A DNA stretch of 64,000 nt, taken from the NCBI GenBank assembly GCA_049999805.1, contig JBNGIO010006320.1, forward strand, positions 68,842-132,841, given 5' to 3'. Position 1 is the stretch's first letter; every line of letters begins with the position of its first letter. The DNA comes from Folioceros fuciformis. Taxonomy: Eukaryota. Below are positions 1-13,600 of the stretch, piece by piece. The notes under the pieces are model-generated. The model worked only from the letters and a program-made list of their open reading frames with translations. It had not been told where the DNA came from and did no database searches. A program made the translations under genes and the position numbers.

Positions 1-1946
1 TGGAGCTTAGGCGGGTGGGGCAGGCCGTGGAGCTGGAGCATTCGCGGTTGGAGGACTTTCTCGGAGACGTGGCGCCTCTGGTGTGGGAGCCCTTTCCTCC
101 TTGGGTAGGTCTGTCCGAGTGCCCGCTTCCCCCCCTTGGATTGAAGGGATTGGTGGCGGGGTGGAGTGCGGGATCTGTTGCCTGACGCGGGCTGCGCAGC
201 CGGGTGTTGCAGGTGGAGGGCGCGGACGAGGACAATCTGCCCATGACCAGGCGGGCGCAGCGGGACCTCTGGCTGCTGCAGCATCCGCGGAACTGTTCCG
301 ATGACAGCGTGCGCTTCCTGGTGGCGTCTTGGACCAACAACCCGAAGCACGGCTTCGGGGCCCAGATTCACCACATGCAGGGCATGTTCGCGGTGGCCAT
401 TGAGCAGAAAAGGGTGCTGGTGACGCATGATTTCGACTTTGCCGGACACCAGGCCTGTCGAGGTTGGTTTTGCTGGGTTGGGGAGTTGAGGCAAGGAGGT
501 GATGTCGTGCGCAAGGGACTGATGTGAGTTATGGGTCGCTCTTCCTCCCTCCTCTTGTTCGTGGGTGCAGGGAAGGACCATATGCGATGGTCTTGCTATT
601 TCGTGCCCGAGACTCCGGCCGAGTGCAGAGAGAGGGCTTACGACCTCATGCGGACCTTGAACGAGGACAATGTGCCGATTATGCAGAAGAGGGTGTTGCT
701 GGACAGGCACATTCCGCCCCATTGGGACATCTGGATGGCCCAGCCGCCCTTGTAAGCTTCTGCTACACCTCCCTTGAAAGGCCGGGCGGGGGGCTCAAGT
801 GTACGAGGAAGCTGGTGAAGCTACGGCTTGCCTGCCGTTTATTAGCAGCTGTAGGACGATTCGGATTCCCCTCACCAGATAGCACATGTTGTGTGCACGT
901 GTGTGGCAGGTTGTGGGGGAAACCATGGGAGCGCGAACAGCCCACCACGGAAGCGGACGGCCGTCTCTTGACCACCTACAGGACAGCCAACGTGCGGTGG
1001 TGGCGAGCGCAGGTGCTGTGCCATCTGCCTAACTCCCCACCTAACACCCATCTCGACTACGTTTGGTGAGGGAGGCCAAGTGCTGACAGGGGCAGCCTGG
1101 TGCATGGGTGGATGATGGCTGGTGCAGGCTATTCGCTACCTCATGAGATACCAAAGCGAGCACACCTGCATCCTGATGAACAGGGCCAGGCACGAGGCAT
1201 TTGGCGTGAGAGCAGCTGCCAGCGCGCTTCGAGTTTTCGTTCAGGTATCGTCTTCTATCGTCTTCTTGACAATGGCCGCAACAACGTGGACTGGATGGGA
1301 CCACTCTCTCGGATGACGCTGACGCTGCTCACATACTTGCATGACACACAGACGTTGAACAGCAGCGGGGTGGTTGTGGAAAAGGATATGGAGAAGTGGG
1401 TGTGGCCGAGCCACAAGCCCTGGGTTCCCAGACCGCTCTTGAGTGTGCACGTCAGGATGGGAGACAAGGGCTCTGAGATGAAGATCAAGAGGTTCTCGGA
1501 TTACATGGCCCTGGCCCAGCGACTGCGCAACAGGTTTCCCCACGTCAAGGACATATGGCTCTCCTCCGAAATGCAGGTAAGTCAGGCACCCACTTGGCAA
1601 ATCTGCCACCTAACCATTTGCCTTCCAGTTTCTTGACGCTGCTGCCGCTGCTGTGGTGGTGCAGGAAGTGATAGACGAGTCGGCCGAGTACCCAGGCTGG
1701 AACTTCTATTACACCAAGGTGCCCAGGCAAAGGGGCCACACCAGCATGGGCTCATACTTGAAAAGCTTGGGCAAGGAGCTGGCCAGCAGCATGACTGTGG
1801 TGAACTTCCTGATGGCGGCTGACGCTGACTACTTTGTCGGGGCCCTGGGCTCCACCTGGTGTTACCTCATCGACGGCATGAGAAGCACTGGTGGCAAGCA
1901 CAATGCTGGCTACCTCAGTGTCAATCTTGACCGGCACTGGAGATAG
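1..1946 (+). CDS. Alpha-1,6-fucosyltransferase-like (GT23-like) plant protein, multi-exon, 5' end outside window
   Basis: Spliced peptide motifs LWLLQHPRNC, GFGAQIHHM, WWRAQ|AIRYLMR, PRPLLSVHVRMGDK and ADYFVGALGSTWCYLIDGMRSTGGK. Introns are GT-AG (e.g. 105-212) and the stop TAG ends at 1946. Confidence 0.85.
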
Positions 1947-2486
1947 TCACGGTGGGCTGACGTTGTCAGCCCCAATTGAAGATATTTCCTCCGAGCTGCC
2001 CCGCTCGGTTTCTGGTCATGGCATGGCACGGAGTCACCAAAATTTCATCCTTCTCATTGTTTAGATTTGGTCGTCTGACCTTCGTTTAGACATGTTCTGT
2101 CCCATAAATCTGTTCCACCCTCTTGTTCTAGACCTGCTTAGGAAGCAACACCAGGTGACAAGTCCTCACGTACCGGACTAAACTAGACCAGACTACGACA
2201 TTGTTTGGATCTGCTTAGAAGATTGGTCCCCAGTTACTAGGTATCATTGTTTACATCTGTTTAGGAAATTTGGTCCTCACGATCTGGACAACATTGTTTA
2301 CTTTGGTTTAGGTAGGATCTGGCGCATTGCCCTTGTATCAACTGCTCTCATTATTATCTGGCCACTGATTTGAACAATGTCTACGGGATCCCTGGTGAGA
2401 TTTGCCGGTAAGGAAGTAAAATAAAATACAAAATTACTTAAAAACAGCGGAGAGATTGTCTTGAAGAGATCAGGCTTGGAAGTATT

Positions 2487-2613
2487 GTTCAACAAGACAA
2501 ACTTGCATGTTCCACAAGGCGTGTACACATTCTTGTTGCACTTGCATGTTCAACAAGGCAAACTTGCATGTTCAACAAGGCAAACTTGCATGTCCAACAA
2601 GGCACACTTGCGT
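2487..2613. repeat. Imperfect 22-bp tandem repeat (TTCAACAAGGCAAACTTGCATG)
   Basis: About 4 copies visible, with one interruption. Confidence 0.75.
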
Positions 2614-3535
2614 GCTCAAAAGGGCAGCTCTAGATTAGCGTCCGCTTTTTTCTACTTTTGACTGTCATCTGATTGAGAGCTGTCCTCTGCTCATGCATTT
2701 TGGAGATGCACATCATCATAAGTTGCATGCAAAGCCGGACACTTCTCAATTTTCTGGTGGGTACGGGATCAAACCAGCATTACAGTAGTTGGTTCAGAGC
2801 CGATCGTGAGGACGACAAGGCCATGCAAGTGAATGTAAAGGTTATGCTATCAAGTAGCAGCGTCTCAGCACTCAAATGGTACCAGAGTATGAGCTCTACG
2901 CTCATGGGATCCAACTGCTGAATAGACATAGTGTAGTGTATGATGTCGGGCAATGCAGCCATGCAGCTGGGCGACGGGTGGGTAGACTGTGTAAGCTCCC
3001 AGGCTGGCAAAAATCATCCGCAGGTCGTGAGACGTGCACCTTCCCTGTTTTATAATGGAGGCGTATGGAGTATAGACTGGTGACACATGTTGCACGTCAA
3101 AGGGGATACCAGCACCAGTCGCTAACCACCGGGGGCCCACAATTGTATCAATTGCTCCATGTCGCTCTGCGTTTGTGGGATGCCAACTTGCATAATTTAT
3201 TGAACATGAAGTTCCGTGAAGGCAATCAGTTCACGCTGAATCAGATGTGCAAAAGACGTGATACCCTCCGACGGCGCCCGCCTGCTGCCTCAAGTCAAGC
3301 TTGTAAGGTGATCAGCCTCAAGTTTGTAAGGCAGACCAGGTGACACACCTCTCTCGAACACATGTAACAATTGAGACCTGGTGCCAGCAGCTGTGCATCG
3401 ACATCAGAACTGCACACGCAGCAGCTGGTCAGCTCGGTTCGGCGGTTTGGAAGGCTAGCACGAGACAGTGCATAGCACCGCAGAAACTTGTGATCAAGAT
3501 ACACCGACCCGGCGCATCTCCGCTACAACAACAAC

Positions 3536-4441
3536 ATGTCGGCCACTTCCACCACAGCGGAGCCTCTCATCAGCACCGACGCCAGCGTGCAGGCGGCAGT
3601 GGAGGTGCTGTCCAGCCAAACGCTGGTGCAGCTGGCCAACGCGGCGCTACTGCGGGCGGGGAACCTGGCCAACCTGCTCCCCACGGGCACCTTTCTCATC
3701 TTCCAGATCCTGGTCCCCCTGCTGTCGCAAAACGGGGATTGTAGCGACTCGCTGTGGAAAATCCTGACGGCCGTTCTGCTGGGAGTGCTTGGCACCGTGG
3801 CCATCTTCCTCGTCTTCACTGACAGCATCGTCGCGGCCGACGGGAGTGTCATCTACGGCATCGTCACCACCTACGGGCTCTACTCCCCGTTCCTGGTCGG
3901 AGGTGTGCGGCACAACCAGCACCAGCGGGCTCGGACCGACTCTGAATCACATCTGTCCAAGCATGATCAGTCCCTGTCCCAGTCCCAGTCCCAGTCCCAG
4001 TCCCAGTCCCAGTCCGAGTCCGAGTCCGAGTCCGAGTCCGAGTCCGAGTCCGAGTCCGAGTCCGAGTCCGAGTCCGAGTCCGAATTCACCACGCTCTCTC
4101 CCGCACCCCCTTTGGATCCGCCTCTCACACGCGTGTTTGATTTGCTTCTGGCAGGCCAATACGTGGACTCGACCTACGCTCTCAACGCTATCGATTTCCT
4201 GCACGCAGTGCTCACCGGCCTGGTGTTCGCCACATCCACCCTCTTCACGCAGGACGTCAGGCTCTGCTTCTACCCTGACATCTCCAATGCTGTTGTGGAC
4301 AGCGTCCCGCTCGCAGCTGGCTTCGTCATCGCCTTCGTCTTCATCATCTTCCCGACCACACGCCACGGTGTCGGCTTTCCCCTCACCACAGGAATCACCA
4401 CTACCACCACGACCACCACAACGAGCACGACTCCGGTGTGA
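3536..4441 (+). CDS. DMP: DUF679 membrane protein (DMP family), probable intron at 3903-4154
   Basis: Motifs NLANLLPTGT, FTDS, DFLHA, CFYP and FPTTRHGVGFP, with four hydrophobic segments. Removing 3903-4154 (GT...CAG) restores a typical DMP length. Confidence 0.9.
   Translation: MSATSTTAEPLISTDASVQAAVEVLSSQTLVQLANAALLRAGNLANLLPTGTFLIFQILVPLLSQNGDCSDSLWKILTAVLLGVLGTVAIFLVFTDSIVAADGSVIYGIVTTYGLYSPFLVGGVRHNQHQRARTDSESHLSKHDQSLSQSQSQSQSQSQSESESESESESESESESESESESEFTTLSPAPPLDPPLTRVFDLLLAGQYVDSTYALNAIDFLHAVLTGLVFATSTLFTQDVRLCFYPDISNAVVDSVPLAAGFVIAFVFIIFPTTRHGVGFPLTTGITTTTTTTTTSTTPV
3968..4083. repeat. Compound hexamer microsatellite (CAGTCC)n(GAGTCC)n
   Basis: Directly visible; reads as SQSQ...SESE in the DMP frame. 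Confidence 0.95.
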
Positions 4442-5151
4442 ACCATCCCGCGGAATCCGACTCCCGTCATCCTGTCACCGTTAATTATGCATCTAAGTAT
4501 ATATCTGTCGATGGTCCGGCTGTCTACTCGTCAAGATACTGTATCATCCTACCAAGATGTGCAGATGGAACACATGTCATGTTCTTAGCCTGGCAGGCGA
4601 AGTGAAATTATAAATAGGGCATTCGATCCGCGACGATGTCCGCCCCTGTTTCTGGCAACTTGGCAAGTGCACACTGGACAATTGTCTCCCAGTTGCAGGT
4701 AATATTAAACAAAGCTGGTGTTAGTGAGAAAGACGATAACCTCGAGTGAATAATGCCACAAATACTGCGGCACAATTTCCATGATCTGTACAGAGTGCGA
4801 GTTATGTAAGTACATGTGGAACGCGGATGATCAGCCTTGTCCCTTCTGCTACATCTGACTCGCTTATGATATTTCTCTAGTGGCTGACGAATTGGAAAAG
4901 AATCAGGAGTACTTCCTGTCCTCACCGGACAGCGGACTACCTGCTAGAAACAAGCATCTCCTGCTGCAGCAGTGAAGATGCCGAACGCACGAGAGATACT
5001 GAAAAGGTAGTACGAGCATACCTACTGCCGCCAGGCAGAACCAGAATGTAACCTAGCCAGCCAGATACATTGAGGTTGAAGCAAGCTTGAGCGCATCAAG
5101 CGAACCTCAAAAGGAAGGCCATACCGAGAAAGGGCCAAGATCACAGCTCCA

Positions 5152-5712
5152 CTACTGGCTCTTAGGGATGGTGAGCTTTAGGACCCCGCTCTCAAGCTTA
5201 GCCTGCACGTGATCGGTGTCGGCGTTGTCTGGAAGGCGGAATCGCCGCAAGAAGTGGCCGTAGGATCTCTCATGCTGGTGCCATTTGTCGGATTCACTCA
5301 GGCGCTCCTCGTCGCGATCACCGCTGATCTTGAGAATGCGGCCCTCCTCCACTTCCACATGAATGTCGTCCTCTTTCATACCTGCTTATCACGACAAGGA
5401 CATTGCCCCGACTTCGGTAAGTGTGCGCAGAAAGAACAAACACAGGATGCTGTCTTAGATGCGGAAGGAAAGGTGGAAAGGGCCAGGCAGACCTGGCAGA
5501 TCGACTTTGAAGATGTGCAGATCCGGCTTCTCCACCCAGTCGATATGAGCTCGTGCACTAGGCCGGAGACGAGACGCGCCATGCACCCCCTTGGAGTAGC
5601 TGCTCGGTGAAACGTAGCCAAATTCTCCGATCTCCTCAAACGGGTTGCAGGATCCGTCGCGTGGAGAAAGCGGATTCCAATTGTCGCTCGCGCTGGTGTG
5701 ATGGAATTCCAT
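5152..5712 (-). CDS. HSP20: Small heat-shock protein (HSP20/alpha-crystallin), 2 exons (5712-5493, 5381-5152)
   Basis: IDWVEKPDLHIFKVDLP-G|MKEDDIHVEVEEGRILKISG...ERSYGHFLRRFRLPDNA...LESGVLKLTIPK. GT-AG intron at 5382-5492. Confidence 0.9.
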
Positions 5713-7239
5713 ATCCACCAGCACAATGAAGCCCTGTGGTGGCAAGAAAGAGAGCTACAAGCAAGCAGGAAGTCGGCCTCGAGAATCTCTCGCCGCTCGT
5801 GGGCGTGCTACCCTCAATTACGAAGCAAAACGATCGGGCTGCTGCGCAGCAACGCGCCTGCACAGATCAACACAAGGCGAGTCGCAGTGCAGGCGGAGAT
5901 CAAATCAAAACGCAACTGGTTGTCGGGCGAGTGACTGGCTCGCACGAAAGCACTCCTCGCCCGACTCGGGCCATGTGAGGAAGGATTATATATATGCGGG
6001 GGCGGTCGGATTTCTATCCGTTCCACAGCTGCACAGCAGATATTATCCACAGTCGGGAGGAGGGGATAACTACGAGCTTGACACAGGGTGGTCACCATCC
6101 ACCGACTGGGTTCCAACCCTTCCCCGAGTCGGGCCAGTGAGGGTGGCATCCGTCCCTCTCATCTTGTTTTTTTGGTTTTGCTCATAATCCTCCTGATCCT
6201 GATATCCTAGCTAAGAGTTCCGCACCTGCTGTCGTGCAAAGGCAAGAATGTGGTAGAAGGCAACAAAGCCCGGGCCTTCTTCATCCCTCATTAAGTTGAA
6301 CCTCCTGCATCAATCAAATTATTCCTTGAGCTTGACGACATGCTTCCACCCTTACCCGATCAACCTGCCCATCTTCAACACAGGTTTTTCTTTGTGGATT
6401 TTCCAGAGCTCTTCATACCTCGATTGGTTGACATCCTGAGACGTGAAAGAGTAAAAAAACCACCTGAATGAGCTGTTACCGCCGAAGAATGCCTCCTCAC
6501 ACCTTTCGCACACACATGCGAAGCTGATGACGTCTCCCTTATGCCGTCCACCAAGAGGTGCAATGCAGTGCCCAAGCCATGCCGTCAATTCCGCATCCCT
6601 TTTGACCAGCAACAAAAAGTGTAAGGCTTTCTCAGCAATTCGCCTGAAATGTGTTCCTGTAAGAAGCAGAATCCCAGATTCCGGGCTCTCTCCTCGTCCG
6701 TATGGTCACACCGATACGGTGGTTCAACACCTACTGTAATGGCATGTTTGAAACTGACGCAAAGATGTCCCTGAATACAAGGAGGCCCGTTGTAGACGCG
6801 ATGAGAAGGTGCATACACTGATCCTCAGCTCGCGCTCATCGGGATGGCCGACGAGTAAGCATCAAACAGAAAGATCACCGGACTGTCAGTCAAGCCAGAA
6901 AAAGTCCAATGCACGCTATGAGCGTGGCTCGGGTAGAACATCTGACGACTGCCAGCATTCGCGTCCTATCTGGTGCCAGAAATGGCTCGCTGGTGCCCTC
7001 AAGCTGTCGATCCAGCGCTCGGACCATCTCACGCTCTAGTATGACTCTAGACCTATTTCACGCAATGCCCCTCCCCCTCTCGTCTCTGGGAGCTTCCTTT
7101 AGGTCGTTTGCTTTGGCAAATTAACTCCTTTCGAAAAGGCGGGAAGTGACGGAAGAGCGGCCGACCACCTCGCCAGGCCGCGAAGTCAGCTGATTTTCTG
7201 CTTGAGCGACGAGGATCTGCTCCAGCGACCGCAGCGACG

Positions 7240-10200
7240 ATGGCGATCCGCGTGCTGAATCCCAACGCAGAGGTGCTCAACAAGTCTGCTGCACTGAACA
7301 TGAACATCAATGCTGCCAAGGGGCTTCAGGAGGTGCTGAAAACCAATCTCGGGCCCAAGGGGACTATCAAGATGTGAGTCTTGGTGCCCGCATCTCTGTT
7401 CGGAGCTGTGTGTCCGGTGAGACGGATTGATGCTCAGGTGCTTTTCCGGCCTGCAGGCTCGTGGGAGGAGCGGGCGATATCAAGCTTACCAAGGATGGCA
7501 ACACGCTTCTCAAGGAGATGGTGAGTTCAATGCCGAGGGGCTAGTTGAAAATCATCGGTTTGCCGCATCGGATCGGGGTCTCGGTCGGGGGTAGAGACTA
7601 CTCAGGGATTGTGGCGGATGTTGTTGACAAGAGATTCTTGCGCGCATGCAGCAAATTCAAAATCCAACAGCCATTATGATAGCTAGGACAGCTGTGGCTC
7701 AGGATGAGTTTAGTGGAGATGGAACAACCACTACTGTTCTTGTGATCGGAGAGCTGATGAAGCAGTCTGAGCGTTTCATCAGTGAAGGTACCAAGCTCTT
7801 AAAGAACCACTGGATGAGGGGTGCCGGTTAGGTGTAATCTGCCCTTGGGTTGCCGAGTTTTGCTGATATGTATTGCTTTCATTCCGCTTTCTCTCACAAG
7901 TGCAATCTGTTGCTCAGGGCTACATCCTCGTGTGGTTGTTGACGGCTTTGAGATTGCCAAGAAAAAAACTTTGGAGTTTCTGGAGAAATTCAAGACCCCT
8001 GTTGTGATCGGAGATATTCCTGACAAGGAGATGCTCACGATGGTGGCTCGGACTACTCTGAGGACAAAGGCCAGTGTTCTTTGGAACTAGTGGTAGTTTG
8101 GAGGAAAGCTGCACAGTTGACAGGTGTTTGTAGTCTGTGACCTAGGATTTTACCGGGGTTTACACTAGTCCTGACATTGTCTTGTGGTATGTGTTTCCAC
8201 AGTTGCATCAATCACTCGCGGACCAATTGACAGACATAGTTGTCAATGCGGTGGGTGATGCCTTTGACAGTGTTGGTGAACGGTGAACCCACCTATGTAG
8301 CAATGACTAAGACCTTGAGGATTGTTGTTGTTTTAAATGCAGGTGCTCTGTGTCAGAAAACCTAATGAGGCGATTGATCTGTTCATGGTTGAGCAAATGC
8401 ACATGCGACATAGATTGGACACTGACACACGCTTGGTACGTCTAGGTTGCGGTTACTATTCTAACAGAGAGCCTCAGGGTTCATTGTCGTTTCTATCTGT
8501 TGATGTCTTTGTGTGTTTTAAAGTGATTGCCTCTGGATCATGCAGGTGGAGGGTCTGGTCTTGGATCATGGAGCACGGCATCCGGACATGAAGAAGCGAG
8601 TGGAGAATTGTTATATTCTTACTTGCAACATTGGTTTGGAGTATGAGAAGAGGTCTGTAGTGATTTGCAAATTACATAGTTGTACATGTGCGAGTCACAT
8701 TATTTTGTTCATATCCTGGAGCGGTCAGCAATATGATGGGATGACGTTTGGTTGATAGTGAGGTAAATTCTGGGTTCTTCTATCACGATGCTGAAACACG
8801 AGAGAAGATGGTAATGGCCGAGCGGAGGCATGTGGATGACAAAGTCCACAAGATTATTGCGCTGAAAAAGAAGGTACTTCAGTTTCTTTCTGTTGCCTAA
8901 GTTGACCCATGTTTTCAGCCGTTCAGCTGTTTCATCTGGCAAGTGTCTCACTGCGCAGGTTTGTGATGGAACAAACAAGAATTTTGTAGTGATCAACCAG
9001 AAAGGCATTGATCCCATCTCACTGGACCTGTTTGCAAGAGAAGGGGTACTGGTCCCCGCATCCCATCTCTGTGGACATTCTATAGCTAATGCTGTCATAA
9101 TAGTGCATCAACCCTGCCCTTGCAGGATCTCACGTTGGTACATCTGCTTGTAGATTGTTGCTTTAAGAAGGGCAAAGCGGAGAAACATGGAGCGCTTGGT
9201 TCTTGCCTGTGGTGGAGAGGCCATCAACTCAGTGGAGGGTCTATCCGAAGATGTCCTAGGGTATGCAGGGCTGGTGTATGAGCATGTATTAGGTGACGAG
9301 AAATATACGTTTGTGGAGGAAGTGAAAAATCCACATTCCTGTACCATTCTTGTAAAAGGTAGGCTGTTGCTCCTCTTAACTACGTTTCCTGGAGTGCTGT
9401 TATGGGTTGTGTCTGATCCAATTGTGTGCACTACTCTGCAGGCCCAAATGACCACACAATTGCCCAGATCAAGGATGCCGTGAGGGATGGTTTGAGATCT
9501 GTGAAGAACACGATAGAGGATGAAGCTGTGGTCTTGGTCAGTCTGTGTAATTTCTAGGGCTGTTTTAGCAAGCCTGACAAATATGGGATTTGACACCTAG
9601 TTTGTCTTTTAAAACTGAACATTTCTGTGATAACAGGGAGCAGGGGCCTTCGAGGTTGCAGCTGCAGATTATCTGCTGAACACGGTGAAGAAGTCAGTGC
9701 AAGGGGTATGTCAACCAACAGCTGTTATTTTCTCAGAAAGTTCTGTCATGATTTGACGTCCGTGATTGGGTGCATGTGTCTGACTCTCCACTTGTTTGTC
9801 TTGCAGCGTGCACAACTAGGTGTGGAAGCCTTTGCAAATGCTCTACTGATAGTGCCGAAGACTTTGGCTGAAAATGCTGGGCTTGACACACAAGATGTTT
9901 TAATTGGACTTCAGGTTCCCCCACCAATCATTGTTCCAGCTTTTGAAAGTTTTTTTAATCCCTGTAATATCCAAATGGCTAACGTTTTGTGTTTGCGTCA
10001 GTCTGAGCACGCCAACGGAAATGTAGTAGGTCTAAACCATAATACTGGAGAACCAATGGACCCTCACCTTGAAGGCATCTATGACAACTACGCCGTCAAG
10101 AGGCAAATTGTCAGCTCAGCGTAAGATCTTTGACTCAAGCGGTTACCTCGTTCTTTGTTCGTCCAAGCGGACTTTTGGATTTTAAATGTATGTGCTGAAT

Positions 10201-10301
10201 CCTGCCCTGTGTAACTGCTGTTCTGCAGGCCTGTGATTGCCGCTCAGCTGTTACTGGTTGACGAGGTTATCCGGGCTGGGCGGAACATGAGGAAAGGGTA
10301 G
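7240..10301 (+). CDS. CCT6: T-complex protein 1 subunit zeta (CCT6), multi-exon
   Basis: [66 protein letters not shown] and C-terminus [16 protein letters not shown]. Confidence 0.97.
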
Positions 10302-10570
10302 GAGGCCTGCACGGGTGTTTAATGAGCGTCTAGTATCATGCAGTGATGGTGTGAGATAGGCTGGTCCTATGGTTATTCCTTGCCTTAGGTATGGGAGCTA
10401 TCTGGTTCATCGTCTGTATGAAACATTTTGTAGATTAGATCCCGTCGATGACTTCATGAACTGGCAGACCCTGTTCTCCTTCTTCCGCCAGGACGACCGT
10501 TGAGAAATTCTGGCGATCGGGTCGGATGGAAGATGAGGATATGGCAGCATAAGGGAAAGAAAATGGGTCC

Positions 10571-10590
10571 AAACCCTAAACCCTAAACCC
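10571..10590. repeat. Short interstitial plant telomere repeat (AAACCCT)x~3
   Basis: aaaccctaaaccctaaaccc, lying between the CCT6 and MBOAT 3' ends. Confidence 0.7.
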
Positions 10591-10680
10591 ACCCTAAGAA
10601 AATGTTTAATAGGATAGTGTCCAAAACCTTTCCACTGTCTGGAATGACAGCAATTTCATACCACTCCGAGCCTGCTGACG

Positions 10681-13600
10681 CTAGTCCGCTCGCTTCTGAC
10701 TTTCCTGATATTCTTCCCTCTCTCGAAGGTACAACATAATCTGTATGCCACAGCTTTTGTTGGTATGGTGACTCATCTTCCAGGATGGAGCTACCAAACA
10801 TCTGCACCACGTACCTTGGTGCCCACGTAGAATGTCATCAATATCCCAAAAAGAAGCGATACATCTGGAATCAAAATGCGCAAGTCAGCCCGTGAACGAG
10901 AACGACCAATTGGCTGGAAAACATGGAATTAAGATTACTTTTGGAACCAAATAGTGTTGAAACCCAGATTCGCAACCCTGAAACTCCGATCACAAAACCA
11001 ACGAGGTTTGCCGTCTGCATTGTCAGCAGGCCAGACTGTGAGATGCAGAACCAGACAAAGACATCCAATCAAGATACTAAAGATAAAAAGCACAGACCAC
11101 AAGGCCTGTGATATTCACAGCTCCAGCTACTGCACAGCATTCCCTGAACCACCACGCCTTCTGATGCCCTTGCATCTGAAACAGGCAGAAAACTCATGAT
11201 TCTTCGGTCCTGTTCTTCTGAATTTTTCAAAAGTTGCAGGTTACGTTACACACATCATTTCCTTTCCTAATGCAGAAGCTTACCATAGCTGACCGTGAGG
11301 ACGCTTTGGCCAAAATCTCCGGAGCCATTAACAGGCAGGTAACCCATGCCCATGACAATAGTTTCCTGAATTTGAGGATATCCTGCATCAGTCTACAGCA
11401 ATTCTAGGCATCTCCACAAATGGCAGTTTGTTCTTTCCACTAGCAGCAAAAGCCTTACCACTCGAGGTCGTGCCAAATTGCAACAAAAGTGAAGATGATC
11501 CACACATTTAGCAGTCTCCATCGTGCCCCCCCCAGTGGAATATATAAGTATCTTAAATAAGGCAGGACAACCTGTTAGCTTGCAGTGCGGCTATCAAGTT
11601 CCTCATGCAGCGAATAGTCTCATAAGCTTTCACCTGACAAGCCACCGATTGTATGATGCATGCCAACTTTTCCAAAAGCCTTCCAAATCATAGCAGTTAT
11701 TCAAACACCGCAGCATGTTCTCTGGAGCTTCAATTCCAGCAACCTGCATTATGGAATGAGGCCGGCGTACTTGAGAGCTGGCAGCACATATTACCAACTT
11801 GCATATGCAAAGCCTCTCAAAGTATCATACCAGGGACCAAAACCGAAAGAAGCGCCATATCAAGAGAAATTTGAGCCACATTGAATTCAGAACCTGCAGA
11901 AGCATTGGTAACAAAGCATCAAACGTACAGTCAAAAATTGCCTTTGTGTAAGCTCACCGATAGCCAAACGTGGCTTCCAAGTAAGTATTGTTGCAGTTCC
12001 TGAGATGTGACTTACCCCGTATCCAATGATAAACACATCTAGTGGAGGTAACACCTTCCAGATCCCACTGGAGGCACACACGTCAGTTATGTATGCAAGT
12101 AAGCACTCAGGAAAAACAGACAGTTCAGCTGAAAAAATTTGCAGTCCATCAGTCCATAGTGCTACACTACCTAGTAGCAAGAGCATTGAAGTAGCAGTAA
12201 TGAGTTAGCAGCTCCATCAGCAGTAAACACCCTATCCACCGACAGCCATACAATACAATCTGTCTGGTGCTGAGGGATCTCTGGGGAACATATAGCTGCA
12301 AGAAGATCAAGGTTTAGTCTCCTCAAATATGGAGACAAGGAGACTAACCACATTATAATTGTACAGGACATATGCAGCATATGCCTGACATACACCGACC
12401 TGTGAGGCAAAGGCATTGTAACCAATGATTGGACCGGCAATATAAAGAGGCGGATACATAAGGTAAGCAAAATAAGTTATCAGACCATAGTCCGCCAGCG
12501 GCAGAGACCTTTCCTGGCAGAGAAAGGTGGTTGCTCAGTTTCCTTCTTCGAAATCCCACAACTAAGACATGGAATCCACGAAAGACAATGGCTTACCTGT
12601 CGGGCTACAGAGCACCCTGAACCAGCTTGACAAGTAGCACAGCGCTTTGTGTGCTTCTGAAACGTATGTCACAACGCAGCCACCATCGTATTGGTATCAT
12701 GGACTGCAACAATAAGTTTATCTACGAAGACCTTGAGACATAGCCAAGCCGCCACTTACAACTGACCCATGACCTAGTCAAGAATCCAAAGGACGGAAAC
12801 AAACCTCCCGATCATGATGAATGAACAGAGGGAAGACGGACCTCCCAGTTGATGTTAGAAGGACGACTTATGGAGGCCCAGTGGTGATCAAGGCCATAAC
12901 TCACCATTCGCAACATCACTGCACAGATCTAAGTATCAGCAGAGGGTAGATAGCATGAACCAGGATTCAAAGATGATGCTGTATGTAGGACAGCGTACCC
13001 AAGTTAAAACTGATATGCCACCGCATGACTCCTCTGTAGCTATCCAGGTGTGCCCAATTTATCCTGCATAAAACGTTCTTTCGAAAGATGTCAACTTGAT
13101 TATTGGACACCTCCTTGGAGCGAAGTTATATATGCCTGCCATGCCATTGAGATGATATACCCGAATGCTGCGAAGGAGTAGCCTTCATGTACACGTGTAA
13201 GTACAAGGACTGCTCCATTGTAGACCCATATTAGAAGAGGGAAAGCGCGTGTCCCAACGAACACCTGCAGCTACAAAGAGTAAGAATCGTGGACACAGAG
13301 ACCAGAAGAGTTGGGCAGTCTTACATTTGACTATCCTGCACACGGCAATTTGGATACCTTGACCAGAATGTAGTTGAACAGAGCTATGGCAACAATGAAC
13401 AAGACACTGCACACAAGCAAAAACAAGATCATTACTTGAACCTGTAAGAAGCAGTAAACATGAACTTATTGAGGAGATCATAAGTGCTCCAGCCCAGTTT
13501 GTACCAGAAACCGTGCAAGTAGGAGATGTAGCCCACTGATATCACAAGCCAAAACCAGGACAATCCTCTGGTAGAGAAGTGTAGATATGTTCGGAGTCCC

